From Nemertoderma westbladi (lineage: Eukaryota > Animalia > Xenacoelomorpha), in the NCBI GenBank assembly GCA_032718475.1, contig JAUCBJ010008759.1, positions 35,089 to 99,088 on the forward strand: DNA of 64,000 nucleotides, in the 5' to 3' direction. A program made the position numbers and the translations under genes. Below, piece after piece: positions 13,901-26,539 of this stretch. Below the pieces are notes generated by a model, which was not told where the DNA came from, searched no databases, and saw only the letters and a list, made by a program, of their open reading frames with translations. Position 1 is the stretch's first letter. Every line of letters begins with the position of its first letter.

Positions 13901-14600
13901 CCCCCTACGTCTCCTAAGAGAATTCATGGAAGGAAGCCCAAAGAAAGAGCTAGCATCCACAATACGATGCAGGTTAAGGTAAGTAACATCAAACCTAAGT
14001 GTGTATTGTGCGACGGGCCGCATCGCTTGAGTGGGTGTGAAGAATTCTTAAAGAAAACATTGAAGGATAGAAGTGATGTCATGTGGGATAAACGGTTGTG
14101 CTATAACTGCCTCAGACGAGGACATCAATGAAGAACCTGTTCCTCAGATGCGAGGTGTGCTAAGTGCGGTGCGAAACGTCACATTTTGCTGCACACCGAA
14201 TTTGATAGGACCCGGACGAGTCAGGTAAGTGAGCCCGAACTACATGTCCAATTCAGTGATGTGAACGACACTGACCACAGTTCGGAGATGGAAGGATTCT
14301 ACACTGATGAATTTTCAGATGAAAATGAATCCTGTTATATGATCAACAACCGTATATCGAGTACTTACGTATGAGACCGAAACTGAGGGAGAAGAACCCC
14401 GACTGTCTATTCCAGATTGACAGCTCTCTGGTAAAGCGCCAACATCATCTGTCGGTATCCGAGAGTTTCCCGTAGTGCAATTGAGGGTCCATGGGATAGG
14501 CAAGAGCTTAATAGTGAACGCCCTCCTTGACTCCGGAAGTACAGGCACTTTTATAGACAAAGACATAGCCGAAGATATCTTTGCTGGTCAACCAAAGTTC
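10918..14600 (+). pseudogene. gag: BEL gag-protease: long N-terminal region, DUF1759-like gag core, three zinc knuckles, aspartic protease; broken by stops
   Basis: ORFs at 11231, 11867, 12104, 12572, 13121 and 14186 share one frame, separated by stops; KFNGDEMKWLHF...EKLRFLIECLEG; CVLCDGPHRLSGC, CYNCLRRGHQ*RTC, CAKCGAKRHILLH; ALLDSGSTGTF at ~14520. Confidence 0.88.
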
Positions 14601-14816
14601 TGAACCAAACTGAACCTTTCCGGAATTATGCAGGTTTGGAAATCCATGGTATCCACTGATTACAACGTGGTTTCGTTGTTCACTCCCCAGGATGAACTAG
14701 GAGAAAATAGTGTAAGGTCAGTTAAGATGGTGGCGATAAAGAACTTTGCTACTAGCCAAGTGGAGCCTTACAACTGGGATGAAGATCATTTCACCCAGCA
14801 ATACAACATACCTAGA

Positions 14817-17340
14817 TTTTTTTATTTTTTTACGAGTCACAATCTTTGCAGTGTATATTCATTATCAAATTACTTGTTTAACAAATTAAGTATTATAGTC
14901 AAACAGGTATTAAGTTAATCCAATGCAGCTGCCTAAAGTTAGTTATTCTAATAATGCCTGAAATGGCGGTTAGACTATGTAGTACAGTAGAGTTTAATCT
15001 ACCACCCGTCTATACGTGCCTCCGCCACCGCTGCGCTGATGCCGGTCTCCCTCAAGCTACGCGAGTTCAACTTTGCCCTTGAACTCCGTGCGCCCCTCAA
15101 GCACATTATTGATGCCCGTAAGAGGGCAAAACTAAGTCGGGCTCTGATAAATGCCAGAGTGGTAGAATAGGGGCTTTCACGCTTTGTCGAGAGAAGCAAC
15201 GCGATTCTGTTTAGCAGCGCGTGCGATGCTCTGCTTGCTCCGCCAGTTGTAGCCATAACGAATGGTGAAAAGCCAGCATGCGCGATCTCGTTAATTCTTT
15301 GTTCGTATTTTCTTCGCTTTTCTCGCTGTGTTTGTTATACGAAGCATCGATAGAGCGTGGGTTTGACGAGCATACAGGGTTAAAGACTTTTACGTCCACA
15401 AACACACGTTCGAAACGACCACCCCAGAGCCCACTTGCAGCCACATCTAGTCTGGCGTCGGTGTCCGTGGTGGTGCTGTCTAGTCTGAATGCTTCACCTT
15501 CCACGGGTTGGAGGTGTGGCTCAATCTCCACATCATGCGCCACCTCTACCAGTAGCTCGCCGAGGAAATCACGTACCTCATTATGTCTTATTATTGGATA
15601 GGCACCCGTTGGACAGTGCAGTGAGTGCGTAACTGTGAAACTAGCACCACAGACACAGGTAGTTGGGAGCTTTGGTGGCTGCCACCCATACCGCAAGCAC
15701 AGCGCGTCCCGGAAGGCGGTTTTATGTAGGGAAAAGCTGTACTTAGGTAAGGGCAGTGCTGTGAGCCACGCAGAGGCCCCACGTTCCTTTGCTAGCCTGC
15801 AGTGGTAACGCAAATTGTCAGATAACTGTTGATCGACAGCTGCAACTTTCTGTTTGACCCGTACTTCCTGTTCCTTGTGAATCTCCTTTAAGATAGTCTG
15901 CTGACTGGAGCAGGGATTAGAATCGGAATTTTGAAGCGGTTCGCAGAGCCGTATCGAATTACTGTAGCTGTCTACGTGGTCGTCGGGTTTATTGTTAGCT
16001 AAACCCCCCTCTCTAACCGGAAGAGAAAGTAGGTCTCTTTCTATTGTGCCTGGGGCAGACCTGCCAGTGAGCATTGGTATTAATTCGTTATTAATACATT
16101 TTTCCACCTTATCGAGGTGTTTAACGAATCCCGGGGTTGTCCATGCAAGATAGTTCAGTTTTGGTTGCATCCCTCGGATTAAGCACTCGTAGGCGGTGTG
16201 GGGAGCCGTAATAGCTACTCCCTTGAGGTTATTCAACTGTTTACATATCTGATTGATGCGCTGATCTAAGTATTCTGTGCAAAAAGTTTCACTTCCTATC
16301 ACTGACCCCAAGACTCTGTGCCCCTCCACCAATTTCACAGGGGTGGCTGCGAATAATTCTGACGCGTGCAAACGATGGGAGTCCTTCACAATTAAATATG
16401 CCTTGGTGGGGTAGTACCCATATCCCGGCCCAATCGCCACTGCTGCATCCCAATATGAACGCAATGTCTCCAGTGTACCGGCCACATTTCCGTCATCGGC
16501 GTACCATTTATGGATTCCATTGCCCTTGTTATCTTTACCGACACCTACATCAATGTCCTGCATCCCAGTCTCAGCATTACCAACTCCATGGTTCCCCAGC
16601 ATTGTTCCCGAAACGCTTGTAGTAGTCCCCTGAACATCTACTTCCTCACTGGCAAGAATGTCCCCTGCACTGCCAATGTTTCCACCCAACGCCAAAGTGT
16701 CGCCTGAACCCAACGGCTGCGGCTGTAGCATTCGAGACATCTTCTTTACCGTATTAGTCCCCTGAACATCCACTCCCTCACTGGCATCAGCAAGAGTGTC
16801 CCCTACCCTGCCAATGTTTCCATCCAACGCCAATGTGTCGCCTGAAACCAACGGCTGCGACTGCAGTATTCGAGACATCTTCTTTACCATCGGCAGAGTA
16901 CCTGAAGCAAACATCGCCAATGCCAACGGGTCCCCCTGTGTAGTCCCTTCCTGAGACATTATCTCGTCATTGTCTACAAAAAGAGATGAGGGCTCTCGGT
17001 ATGAGTTAGCAAGGATAGTAAATAATGGCGGACATATTACTTTCGTATTCAACAGTGCCAACTTACGATTTACCACATTAAAGGCGTTTCTCGCATCTAT
17101 AAGCAGAATGGCCTCACATTCTGGTTCTTGGAAATGGGTTCATAACTCATGAATAGCGTGTTCTATGAAACCATATTGTCCGACACATAACTGGGTGTTG
17201 CCAGCTATTTTCTGAAGGTCCGGTTTAACAAACCTCATTATAACTTTTCCAATTATCCGACGTAACACCTCACCTACCCCAATCGGTTTAACGCCTGGTT
17301 GTTTGTCTAAAGGTGCCAAGCGACAGTGTATAAAGTACCC
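14817..17340 (-). mobile_element. CRE-clade non-LTR retrotransposon (RT, CCHC finger, restriction-like endonuclease), 5'-truncated, nested in BEL pol
   Basis: CRLAPLDKQPGVKPIGVGEVLRRIIGK, IDARNAFN, GTTQGDPL, WYADDG, CVCG...HSLHC...RHNEVRD, ARLDV...VDVKV; one stop at ~17140, a frameshift at ~15300, A-rich tail at 14817-14831. Confidence 0.9.
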
Positions 17341-17344
17341 TCTG

Positions 17345-20300
17345 GATAAAGTACCGATTATCCAGAGGTACAATTATTACTCAGCCAAAATGCGGACGAG
17401 GCGCTTGAGACAATAGAAAAACGGCCTGCTCGACCGCGACCACTCCAGACTTACGCGGGAAGAACAAGAGTAGGTTGGTACTTCACTGGTCCTTCCTACA
17501 GGACTCTACAAGAAAGACTTCCGAGCGAACAAGTCCATCAGGTAAATGAGTGGGAGGAAGATATAAGTGAAGAAAAAATCCTTGCTGAGGAAACCCCATA
17601 CTCCTCAGAAAACAACAATATTCACAATTTATATGACGAGGAAAATACCATTGAACTCCTCACTGAGAATCAAACTTGGTTAAACCAAGTTAACCTGTAT
17701 ATGTGAGTGTATAACCTTATCAGTCAAAAGAACGAACAATTGACTTAAGACGATGAATTAAATGAAGCGGTAGAGTGGTATAATAATAAAGTACGCGATG
17801 AACACGCCGTACGATTCTTTACTCAAGAAGCGGTAGAGCCTAATTCCTATGACAAAGCATTATCGGTCGAGGAAGAGAGAGCCAAGCAGATTCAGGAAAC
17901 GACTACACGTTATCTGAAAGATGAAGGTCGTTACGAGATTGGTCTGCGGAGATTGGTCTATGGAGAGAACCCAGCTTCGTGAATAACCGACCTTTAGTGG
18001 AAAGAAGAATCGCGCAACTTCATCGGTGTTTGACGGCTAATGATCGAGCCAAGGAAATGTATAAAACTCAATTGAAGAAGTTTATAGACAAGGGATACAC
18101 GGAGCAAGTTCCGGAAGAAATACCCATAACGGAGAGAACGTATTATTTGACACATCATTACATACCCAAGCCCAGTAAACCAAACGAAGTCCGGGTAGTG
18201 TTTGACGGCTCCGCCCTTTATATGGGACAATCCCTAAATTCCGAACTGTTGCCGGGACCCAACTTACTTCAATCTTTGTTGGGAATATTACTACGACTGC
18301 GGCAATTTTCTATCGCTTTCATTTCCGTCATTGAAGGCATGTTTCTACAAGTAAAAGCGTTAGCTAGGGATTGAGACAGCCTACGATTTCTGTGGTGGCC
18401 TGAAGGAGACCTCAACCGAAAACCGGTAGAGTACTGGATGACGATCCAGGCTTTCGGGATCATCTCGAGCCCCTCGAACGCTTGTTCGGTAGTGCGTACC
18501 ACTGCCAATGACAACAGAGACGCCTTCTCTAAAGCGGTTATCGGCAACATCAAACGGGATATTAACATGGACGACAATTTAAAGTCCCTCCCATCAGTGG
18601 AAGAAGCAATCGATGTTGCCATGGGAACGGTAGAGTGCTTACAACGAGGTGGATTTTGCCTAACCAAATTCACTAGTAACTCCCGTGAGTTCCTGGAATC
18701 GATCCCAGTAGAAGACTGAGGTGTTAAAGTCCTGGACCTCATTAAGGACGATCTTCCAGAAACCAAAACTCTTGGATTAAAATGGGACACGGAGAGAGAT
18801 ATCCTATTCTTTCAGTTGAAACAACGAGATAATCCAGTTAGAACTAAATGGATTTGTCTAAGTATCCTGAGCACTTATTTTGATCCGTTGGGATTTATTA
18901 GCCCAGTCATACTAGTTGCTCGTAGCTTAGTACAACAAATGTGGCTCGAAAACCACTCATGGGATGATCCACTCAAGGGAGAACTACTAAAGAAGTGGAT
19001 GAAATGGGAAAATTCTTTACCATCTATCAAGAACTTTAAGATTTCCCGCTCATATTTCGGTCACGTTCTCCCCACGTATTCCTATCAACTCCATGTTTTT
19101 GGAGACACCAGCGATATTGGAATAGGTATAGTAGCCTAGCTGAGGGTTGAAACTCCTGATGGAATTAAGGTTTCATTAGTCGCCTCTAAGGCCCTCATAA
19201 ACAACAAACTACAAGTTCCCAGAGCGGAGTTAAAGGCGGCTCTGCCATCGGCCGGAATGTAACGGAACAGATCGACTATCTACTAGAGAAAACTGTATAT
19301 TGGACTGATGCTTTACTCGTTCTGGAGTATATAACTAATGAAGTCTGTCAGTTCAGCATCTTTGTTACCAACAGAGTAGCATTATACTCAGTCGCTCTAA
19401 TATAGATCAATGGAGACATTGCCCTGGGACGATTAATCCAGCTGACATCGCTTCCAGAGGTGCAACTCCTCAAGAATTGATAGATACTCCAGACTGGTTA
19501 GGTGGACCCGACTTCCTGGGTAAAGAAGAGGAGGAATGGCTCCCTCATCTCACCACAGCGGAGATCAGACAAGCCAAGGGAGCAGAGAAAGTCAAACCAA
19601 AAACCCGGATGAGTAAATCAAAGCTGTTTAAGCCAGCGATAGATTTGTCTGTACTACAAACCGCCAGTGACGCCACTGTGGATCTAAACTCACCCGAGGA
19701 TAATACCCGAGCTATAAATAAATCCGTTATAGAAATCAAGGAAAGAGACTGGAAATCTGGAACACCAGACATCTCGCAAGGACTCTCTCCTCTTCTACAA
19801 AGAGCGATAGATCATTATAGCTCCTGGAATCGGCTTTGCAAGGCCATTGTGTATCTGAAAAGATGTTTCCATCATCACTATTCCAGGACGAAGATAGCTA
19901 ATGATACTGCTCCAGTAGTATCTGAAAAGGTCCATGCTACTAAAAGACCTTCCCACTTATAGAGTGTCTGATAGGTTTCTGACAGAGAAGATCAGTTACT
20001 AAGAACATAATGATACCAATAAGCAGATACTGAGACTCCTGCAATGTTACGAGGATTCTGATAAGTATTTCCTGTTGTTGAGAAATCCACAGATGCGCTT
20101 AAGGGATCGTTTCTCTAGCACAATGATAGATGGGTTAATACGTGTTGGAGGGAGATTAACTAATGCTCCATTGTCCTTTGACACTAAGTTTCCCATACTC
20201 ATTAGAAATCTCGAAATACAAATCAAGATGATTGTAGATGTTCACAGTAAGCTTTACCATGCTGGTAGGGAACGAGTTCTTAGCGAAATTCGAACTCGCT

Positions 20301-21454
20301 ATTACTTCTATAAGCCCCGTAGAGCTCTAAACCAAGTTCTTAGGAACTGTATACCCTGTAGGAAAGCATTTAGTAGGCCTTTAACACAGCGAGAGGCAGA
20401 ATTACCTAGGGAACGAGTAAGCTGTTATGAACCACCCTTTACTATTACTGGTGTAGATTTATTTGGCCCTATTGAAGTATATCGTGCTAGGACTATAGTC
20501 AAGCGATGGTGCGTCATCTTTGTCTGTATGACTTGTAGAGCGATCCATCTAGATATGGTGAACGATCTATCTACCAACAGCTTCATACTGAGTTTACGCC
20601 GACAAATCGCTCGTTTTGGGACTAGCAACACTATGAGATCTGACAAAGGAACAAATTTCATTGGCGCCAATAACGAGATCAAAGCTTACGTAAAGGATTG
20701 GAACCAAAGACAGGTGGAAGATCAGCTACGAGTAACAGCATCTAGCTGGACCTTCAACGCCGCCGACGCCCCTTGGTGGGGAGGAAGTTGGGAGAGACTC
20801 ATACGAAGCGTGAAGACCGCATGTCACTTTAATGTGCCGTGCCGCGCGTATCTCACCGACGAACTTTTGCGGACGTTAATGGAAGAAATCGCCGCCTATC
20901 TCAATGAGAGACCACTTATGCCAGTCTCATCTAGTCCCAACGCCCTAGAAGCGCTAACACCCGTGCATTTCCTACTAAAGAAACCTGTAGCCATGCTCCC
21001 GCAATCGGAAATAACAGACGGAGATGAATACTGCCGACAAACTTTGCAACTTATGCAGTTATTATCCTATCATTTCGCTGACCATTTCGAAAAGCATTAT
21101 CTTCCTATGCTACAACTTCGAACAAAGCAGTTTGCACAGCAAGAAAACGTCAGCGCCGGAGACATGGTCCTTATCGTGGAATCAGATCTTCCCCGTAAGA
21201 GGTGGCAGACAGGTCATATCATCGAGACTCACATATCCGATGATGGTTTAGTGCGATCGGTAGAACTCGTCGTCATGCGACGTAACTTTAAGAAACCTGG
21301 AATTGTGTTCGAAATGCAACAACTTAATCGCCCGGTTGGTCATTTATGTTTACCGGAAAGAGACCGAGAGTTGTCCGGTAACTATGGAAGGCAAGAGAAT
21401 CTTCCCACGACCACCTCCCTAATCCAACAAACATCTAGGGACTCCGCAATGTAA
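17345..21454 (+). pseudogene. pol: BEL pol: RT, RNase H (Pao peptidase A17 region) and integrase; frameshifted
   Basis: YYLTHH...VRVVFDGS...LLPGPNL, AFGIISSP, NMDD, FDPLGFISP, LHVFGDTS, NPADIASRG, WLGGPDFL, GLIRVGGRL, HHCC zinc finger, GVDLFGP, SDKGTNF, PWWGGSWERLIRSVK. Confidence 0.92.
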
Positions 21455-21459
21455 CAGCG

Positions 21460-21471
21460 TTGGAGTGGGTA
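21460..21471 (+). other. Polypurine-tract-like site
   Basis: GGAGTGGGTA just after the integrase stop and directly before TGT, the usual BEL arrangement. Confidence 0.6.
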
Positions 21472-24400
21472 TGTGACTACATTATTTTATTTTTATTTTT
21501 ATATTTATGTATGTATTATTATGTAATTTTTATTATTATAATTGTTTTCTTTAATTTTATTTAGTAGAATAATATTTTAATGATTATTCAGTAGATTAGT
21601 GCAATATATTCGTGTTTTATTACTTAATCACTTAGTATAATATATTTCGTTAACGGCGAGAAATAATTCATTTTCTCTTTCCTTACTGTCCGTATCATAC
21701 TATAAATACGTGACTAAGGTATTGATGAAATGTCAGTACTTATTAAAGTACAATATACCGCCCCTACTATACTTAAGTATTATTGGTAAGTAGAGTATTA
21801 GGAATGCAAAGTTCAGATCCTCGTGTCTCGGCTAAACCAAGCTCTGGATAGACCTTGGAAACGACTTGCCTCTTCTCACTGACATTGTTTCTTGCAATAT
21901 TGCTCTCATACCGTATCTTAAATAATACATATAGTAGAATGATGTCCATTTAACAGTAGCGTTGAAACGCAAAATAAATCTGTTAAACCCTTTGACCATC
22001 TGAAATTCTAGTCGATCAAGATATCGCGGCACCCACCGATATACTTGAAAGACAAAATTCTAGAATCAGTGGTTAACGTCCAATCGACCAATATTGACCA
22101 ATCATTGCTATATCGAGATATTGATCATACCTCCTCCTACCAAACCTCCCCATCATTTACTATTGATCTGTATGCTTATATTGGTATCCATACCTCCTGT
22201 TTGTGTACCATCTTGATGGTATTTATAATATCAACCTCCACCCCTTTTGTCGTTGATTGTATAATCAACTATCAATAATTTCCTCAAGTCCATGGCTATT
22301 GATAGAAGGACTGAAAGGACACAATAATAGTGTTGAATCCTCTTACTGAGATCGTATTTTTGCCTATTTCTGAATATATATGACATAGGCCTTCCCTTGC
22401 CCTATATCATCAATGGAAGACATATTAGGTGAATACAATAAATTCATCAGATTCGAATGCTTTAGGCGCTTTCTGACTCCGTTCCGCAACGTTCAAGGAC
22501 AGGACAGTTCAAGGACCGCGCTTTGACTAAGCTCAGCTTAAGAGACTCAGCTGCTGAGAAGTTGGACAGCGCTGGATTCGCCATTTTTAAGGACGTTTGT
22601 ATACAGAACCTACATTCATCTGTCATACAAAGACCCCGAATCCCCACAGGTTATTCTATTGTGGAAGTTCAAACAGTGGGTTCACTTGAAGAAACAGCTG
22701 CACCTATCTCAGCTATGCAAGTGGAAGAAGAACCAATTTGCTTGGAATCCGAAGAGATTCAACCCACAGCCCCCAGGAGTAGCGACAATGATTATGTGTT
22801 GGAATGGTATCAGGTTCCACAATGTCTCACGGCATATGATTATCGGCATGCCAATTACATTTCAAGGAAACATTGCCGATTATGTGCATCACGAGACCAC
22901 TTTACCCCGGTGAACTCCAGCGAACCCTGCTCCTACTTTAAAGATCAACCTATTATGGAGATTTATAGTGCGTATTGTAGACTCAACAATCTACACATAT
23001 TCGCCGTCTGTCCTCAATTTATGACTCAATGTCACCATTGTCAGTTCAAAGGACACGCAAGTTTCGATTGCCCTTTCAACCGAGATCTGGAGAGCGTAGA
23101 CGAAACAGTTACCCTGCGCTACATCAGAGCTTGGGAAGCCAATGCGGATCTCCATTGCGAATCACGTCACCGATACTATCCAGGACGTGCATATGAAGGA
23201 GTCTATGCGTTTCACCCATACCTCTTTGCATCCGTCGAACAAAATTCTCGCATTCCCAGTTACGAAATGATGAAGTGTGTTGGCGAGAATATTTCGACTA
23301 AATATGTTCGCAAGTATCTTAGGAATATTAATCCCAATAACCTGAATTCCTATAACTTGATCAACTTCATCCGTCAAGATCAGGAATACGGCGACTTGTA
23401 CATAAACTCGCATCCTGAATTACAAGAAATTCATCGACGACCATATGAATATAAAGCCAGAGAATGCGAATTAGAGAGAACAATCAAACCGCGGAAATTT
23501 CTCACTACACACGGTCAACCTACCGCTGTCGTACAAACGACCCATCAAGGACCGGTAAGAGCTGCCATCCTGAAACAAGCTCTAAAGGTTGTTCGCCCTC
23601 GTTCCACCGATATTGATATCGATCAACCGGGTACTTCGACCGGTGGATACACCGGTCGATCAGAGCAATCAGAGCAATCTTCCCAGTTATGCCAGCAGAG
23701 ACCCACCTGAGAAAGCTAGCGCATGCGCATTTAGTTGTCGTTTTTCTGAGAATTAGATCCCTCTCAGAATTCTGTACTAAGTACGGTCGTTTCAGACTTT
23801 GGCCCAAGAACATCTGATGGCCTTAGTTATAAGAACGTAAATCTATTAACTGAATCACTGGTCATACATTTCAAACTGAACTTCATGAACACATACTGAC
23901 TGTCCACCGCACTGTTTTACTGCTGTTTTATATTGTGTTAATTATTGTTTATATTAATGGATGTTATATTTGGAGAATACCGATAAATAATCGTAAACCC
24001 CTCAATCTTCTTGATTACTGAGGTAAGCGGAGAAAGAGTTTACCGGTAGCAACTGCGACTTAAATTATAGTGGTTTTTGTGTGAATTAAATGTTATTTCA
24101 TAATCCCTACGTGTGTCCAGTTGCAATCCTCCTTATATATGATCAAATTCAGTGACGGTCGGCAAATTAGTGTGAAGTAGTGTAAAGTAGTGTGAAGTCG
24201 TGTGAAGTCGTGTGAAGGTTAATAAAGCATCTCCTAAAGAATGCGCTATTTACGAAACTCTGTGGCCATCTAGTTGTGATTAGTGTAATTTATAACTCTG
24301 TCTTCATACTTAAAGCGCCACGTCCTAAAGGAACTGTTAATATTTCCCCGAAAGTAAATATAGTTGTCAGAGATTATATAGTAGCGATCAATCGAATAAT

Positions 24401-24600
24401 ACAAAGTAGCTTACACCGCAATACTTCCGAAGGAACCCGAATCCAGTCTCCCACACCATGGGTCATACGCCGCGCACGGACTGGCTTCGGCAGATGTAAA
24501 TTCAGTAAACCAGGTAATTGGTACGGGCAAAGTCGATTCATAATCAAAAGGACAATTAAAATTGGCAGGTTAAACTGCTAAAGGTCTGAAAGCGCGAACA
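21472..24600 (+). repeat. 3' LTR (~3.1 kb, TGT...ACA)
   Basis: Start inferred from PPT plus TGT; the last 1.53 kb matches the 5' LTR; AATAAA at 24221. Confidence 0.7.
22413..23710 (+). CDS. LTR-encoded accessory protein with Cys/His clusters and a CCHC zinc knuckle
   Basis: 395-aa ORF at 22523-23710 (frame open from 22466) with CRLCASRDH...C and CHHCQFKGHASFDC; removing a 5-bp tandem duplication (AGGAC AGGAC, 22496-22505) joins it to the ATG at 22413, giving 430 aa. Confidence 0.7.
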
Positions 24601-24669
24601 AGTGTTATAGGGGTATATTACCCCAAATGAAAGTGAGATTTTCGAAAAATTCTTATACAATTTTTTTTA

Positions 24670-25130
24670 TGTGACGGGATCCTAGTTGGCTCGGGATCCC
24701 GACTGGATTGACTTTTCGCGACGACGTTTTCTATGCGTCGCCGCGTTGGCGAATACTGATGGCCGAAGGCTCAGTAAAATAAGAGTTCTAACGTTGTTAA
24801 TACAGTAGTTGGTGTATAATAGGTCGTTAATTTAGTTACTGGTAAATGCTGAAATGATTACAGCACAAACTGATTGGTTACAGCTGACTGTGAAAAACTT
24901 GTTCATCGTCTACAGTGAATAGATGCCAACTGGTCAGAATACACTCGTGACTGTTAATATTATGTAAATGGGGAAATACATTGCCTATAGGATAACACGT
25001 TTGGCCTCCAACCGATACACTCCAAATCGAGATGTGCTGGCCTCCCATTGGTCAGCTCACCACGCCCTGTTTCTGCCTCCCAGTAACAGCGTCGAGACGG
25101 GTAAAATTTGTATGGGTCTCCTAATGATAG
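24670..25130 (+). mobile_element. Truncated member of the TGTGAC solo-LTR-like family
   Basis: 5' end TGTGACGGGATCC...GATCCCGACTGG and GGCCGAAGGC are shared with the copies at 25693-26222, 26940 and 38731; 3' end not found. Confidence 0.5.
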
Positions 25131-25692
25131 TCTCACATAGACTATTTTTCAAAAATAGATACATGATACTGTAGATAATAATTGTATTCTTAAATTATTA
25201 CTTGTTCGCTCGAATATACCACAAAATCGCACTTTTTTCCCTAGGGAAAAAAGTAACCCATAGAAATGCATTTACTAATTAATTTTAAATGCATTCTAAA
25301 TAAATTTTACTATTTTTTTCCCAGCGAAAAATAGTAAAATAAAATATTTTTGGTGGAATTTTTTAAATTTTATTACATGTTTTGAATGAGCATCGAAGTA
25401 GAAAAGGTTTACACGTAATTTTATCAAAATCCATTCATACACTCAAAAAGGTATTTGAACTTTAGTGTCTGCAAGGCGAACTCCACAACGGAAGTCAATA
25501 TCAAATATTGGTTTATGTTGTTAAACGGCTATCTAGTTACATAATAAATATTCGAGAACACTAAATTATTTACCATTGAGTAAGGCAGCATCAGGAGTTG
25601 AAGAGTGCAATAATTGGAATCACAGTAACTATGGAAGCTATATAGTAACATACTATAAAGTTAAATTTATTTCATACCGGTCACACCATATT

Positions 25693-26222
25693 TGTAAGCA
25701 GATCCATTCCGCTCTAATTTCCAACCTACAATGGGAAAGGGAGCCAATTTAACAATATTGGACACAGATAAATACCGAGCCAATTAGTGGGCCCGACGCC
25801 AAATTACAGCCACAGGGAAAGGTGGATGATGCAATAGGGCCAGCTGGTGGGTGAGTTGGACCAATGGGAGGGCGGCATGTGGCGTGTATCAGCCAGAGGC
25901 CAATGAATCATGTTAGCTTCCTAAAGGCAATGAATTATTCCCATATATATTACTGGCCATTCATTGTGCAGCCAGTTGGCACTCATTCCATATAGTGCAG
26001 AGGTGAAATAGTTTTTCACCGTTACGCTACACTACGCTGTGTTACCAGTACCAGTATATTTAACATCTGTCGATTAACAGTAAAGTTCACCCCAATATAC
26101 TCTTTCATTCACCGGCCTACGGCCAAGTCAACCACCACCCAGTCAGCAGCCAGCGCGAGCGCGTAGGGAACTTCACTACAGTCAACCCGGTCGGGATCCC
26201 AAGCCAACAAGATCCCTTCAAA
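25693..26222 (-). mobile_element. Solo-LTR-like element with TSD ATATT
   Basis: Plus strand reads TGTAAGCAG...CCCTTCAAA flanked by ATATT; both ends match the reverse complements of the family termini. Confidence 0.65.
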
Positions 26223-26539
26223 ATATTGCTCTATATTTTATTAATGAATTAAGTAACAAAAAGTACCAATTTAAGAATAAAAATATTCTCTCGACACTTT
26301 ATTAACCTCGCTGACGCTCGGGAAATAAAATGCCTCGAGAATAGTGAAAAAAGGATCCGCTTGCTTTAAAATATATGTAATAAATAATTATATTTCGTAT
26401 TGGCCTGTTATATTTGGTAAAGTAAAAAGGCAGTATTATAATAAGATTACAGAATAACTTTAACATAATCTACATAGTAAAAATATCGCGGGTAAAATAT
26501 ATATAATTTTTGTATATGTGTTTAACATCCATAGATTGT

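Larger units (their letters stand above)
7530..24600 (+). mobile_element. BEL/Pao LTR retrotransposon, near full-length and decayed, with a nested CRE insertion
   Basis: Direct repeats 7586-9007 and 23067-24600 ending GCGCGAACA; domain order gag-PR-RT-RH-IN; triple zinc knuckle; candidate 5-bp TSD AGTGT at 7525-7529 and 24601-24605. Confidence 0.93.

Noticed and set aside
22523-23710. env gene
   Set aside because: No signal peptide, TM anchor or fusion-protein pattern; has zinc-knuckle motifs instead
24670-26222. A single 1.55-kb TIR transposon
   Set aside because: The right part has its own TSD (ATATT) and family 3' end, so these are two related elements in opposite orientation
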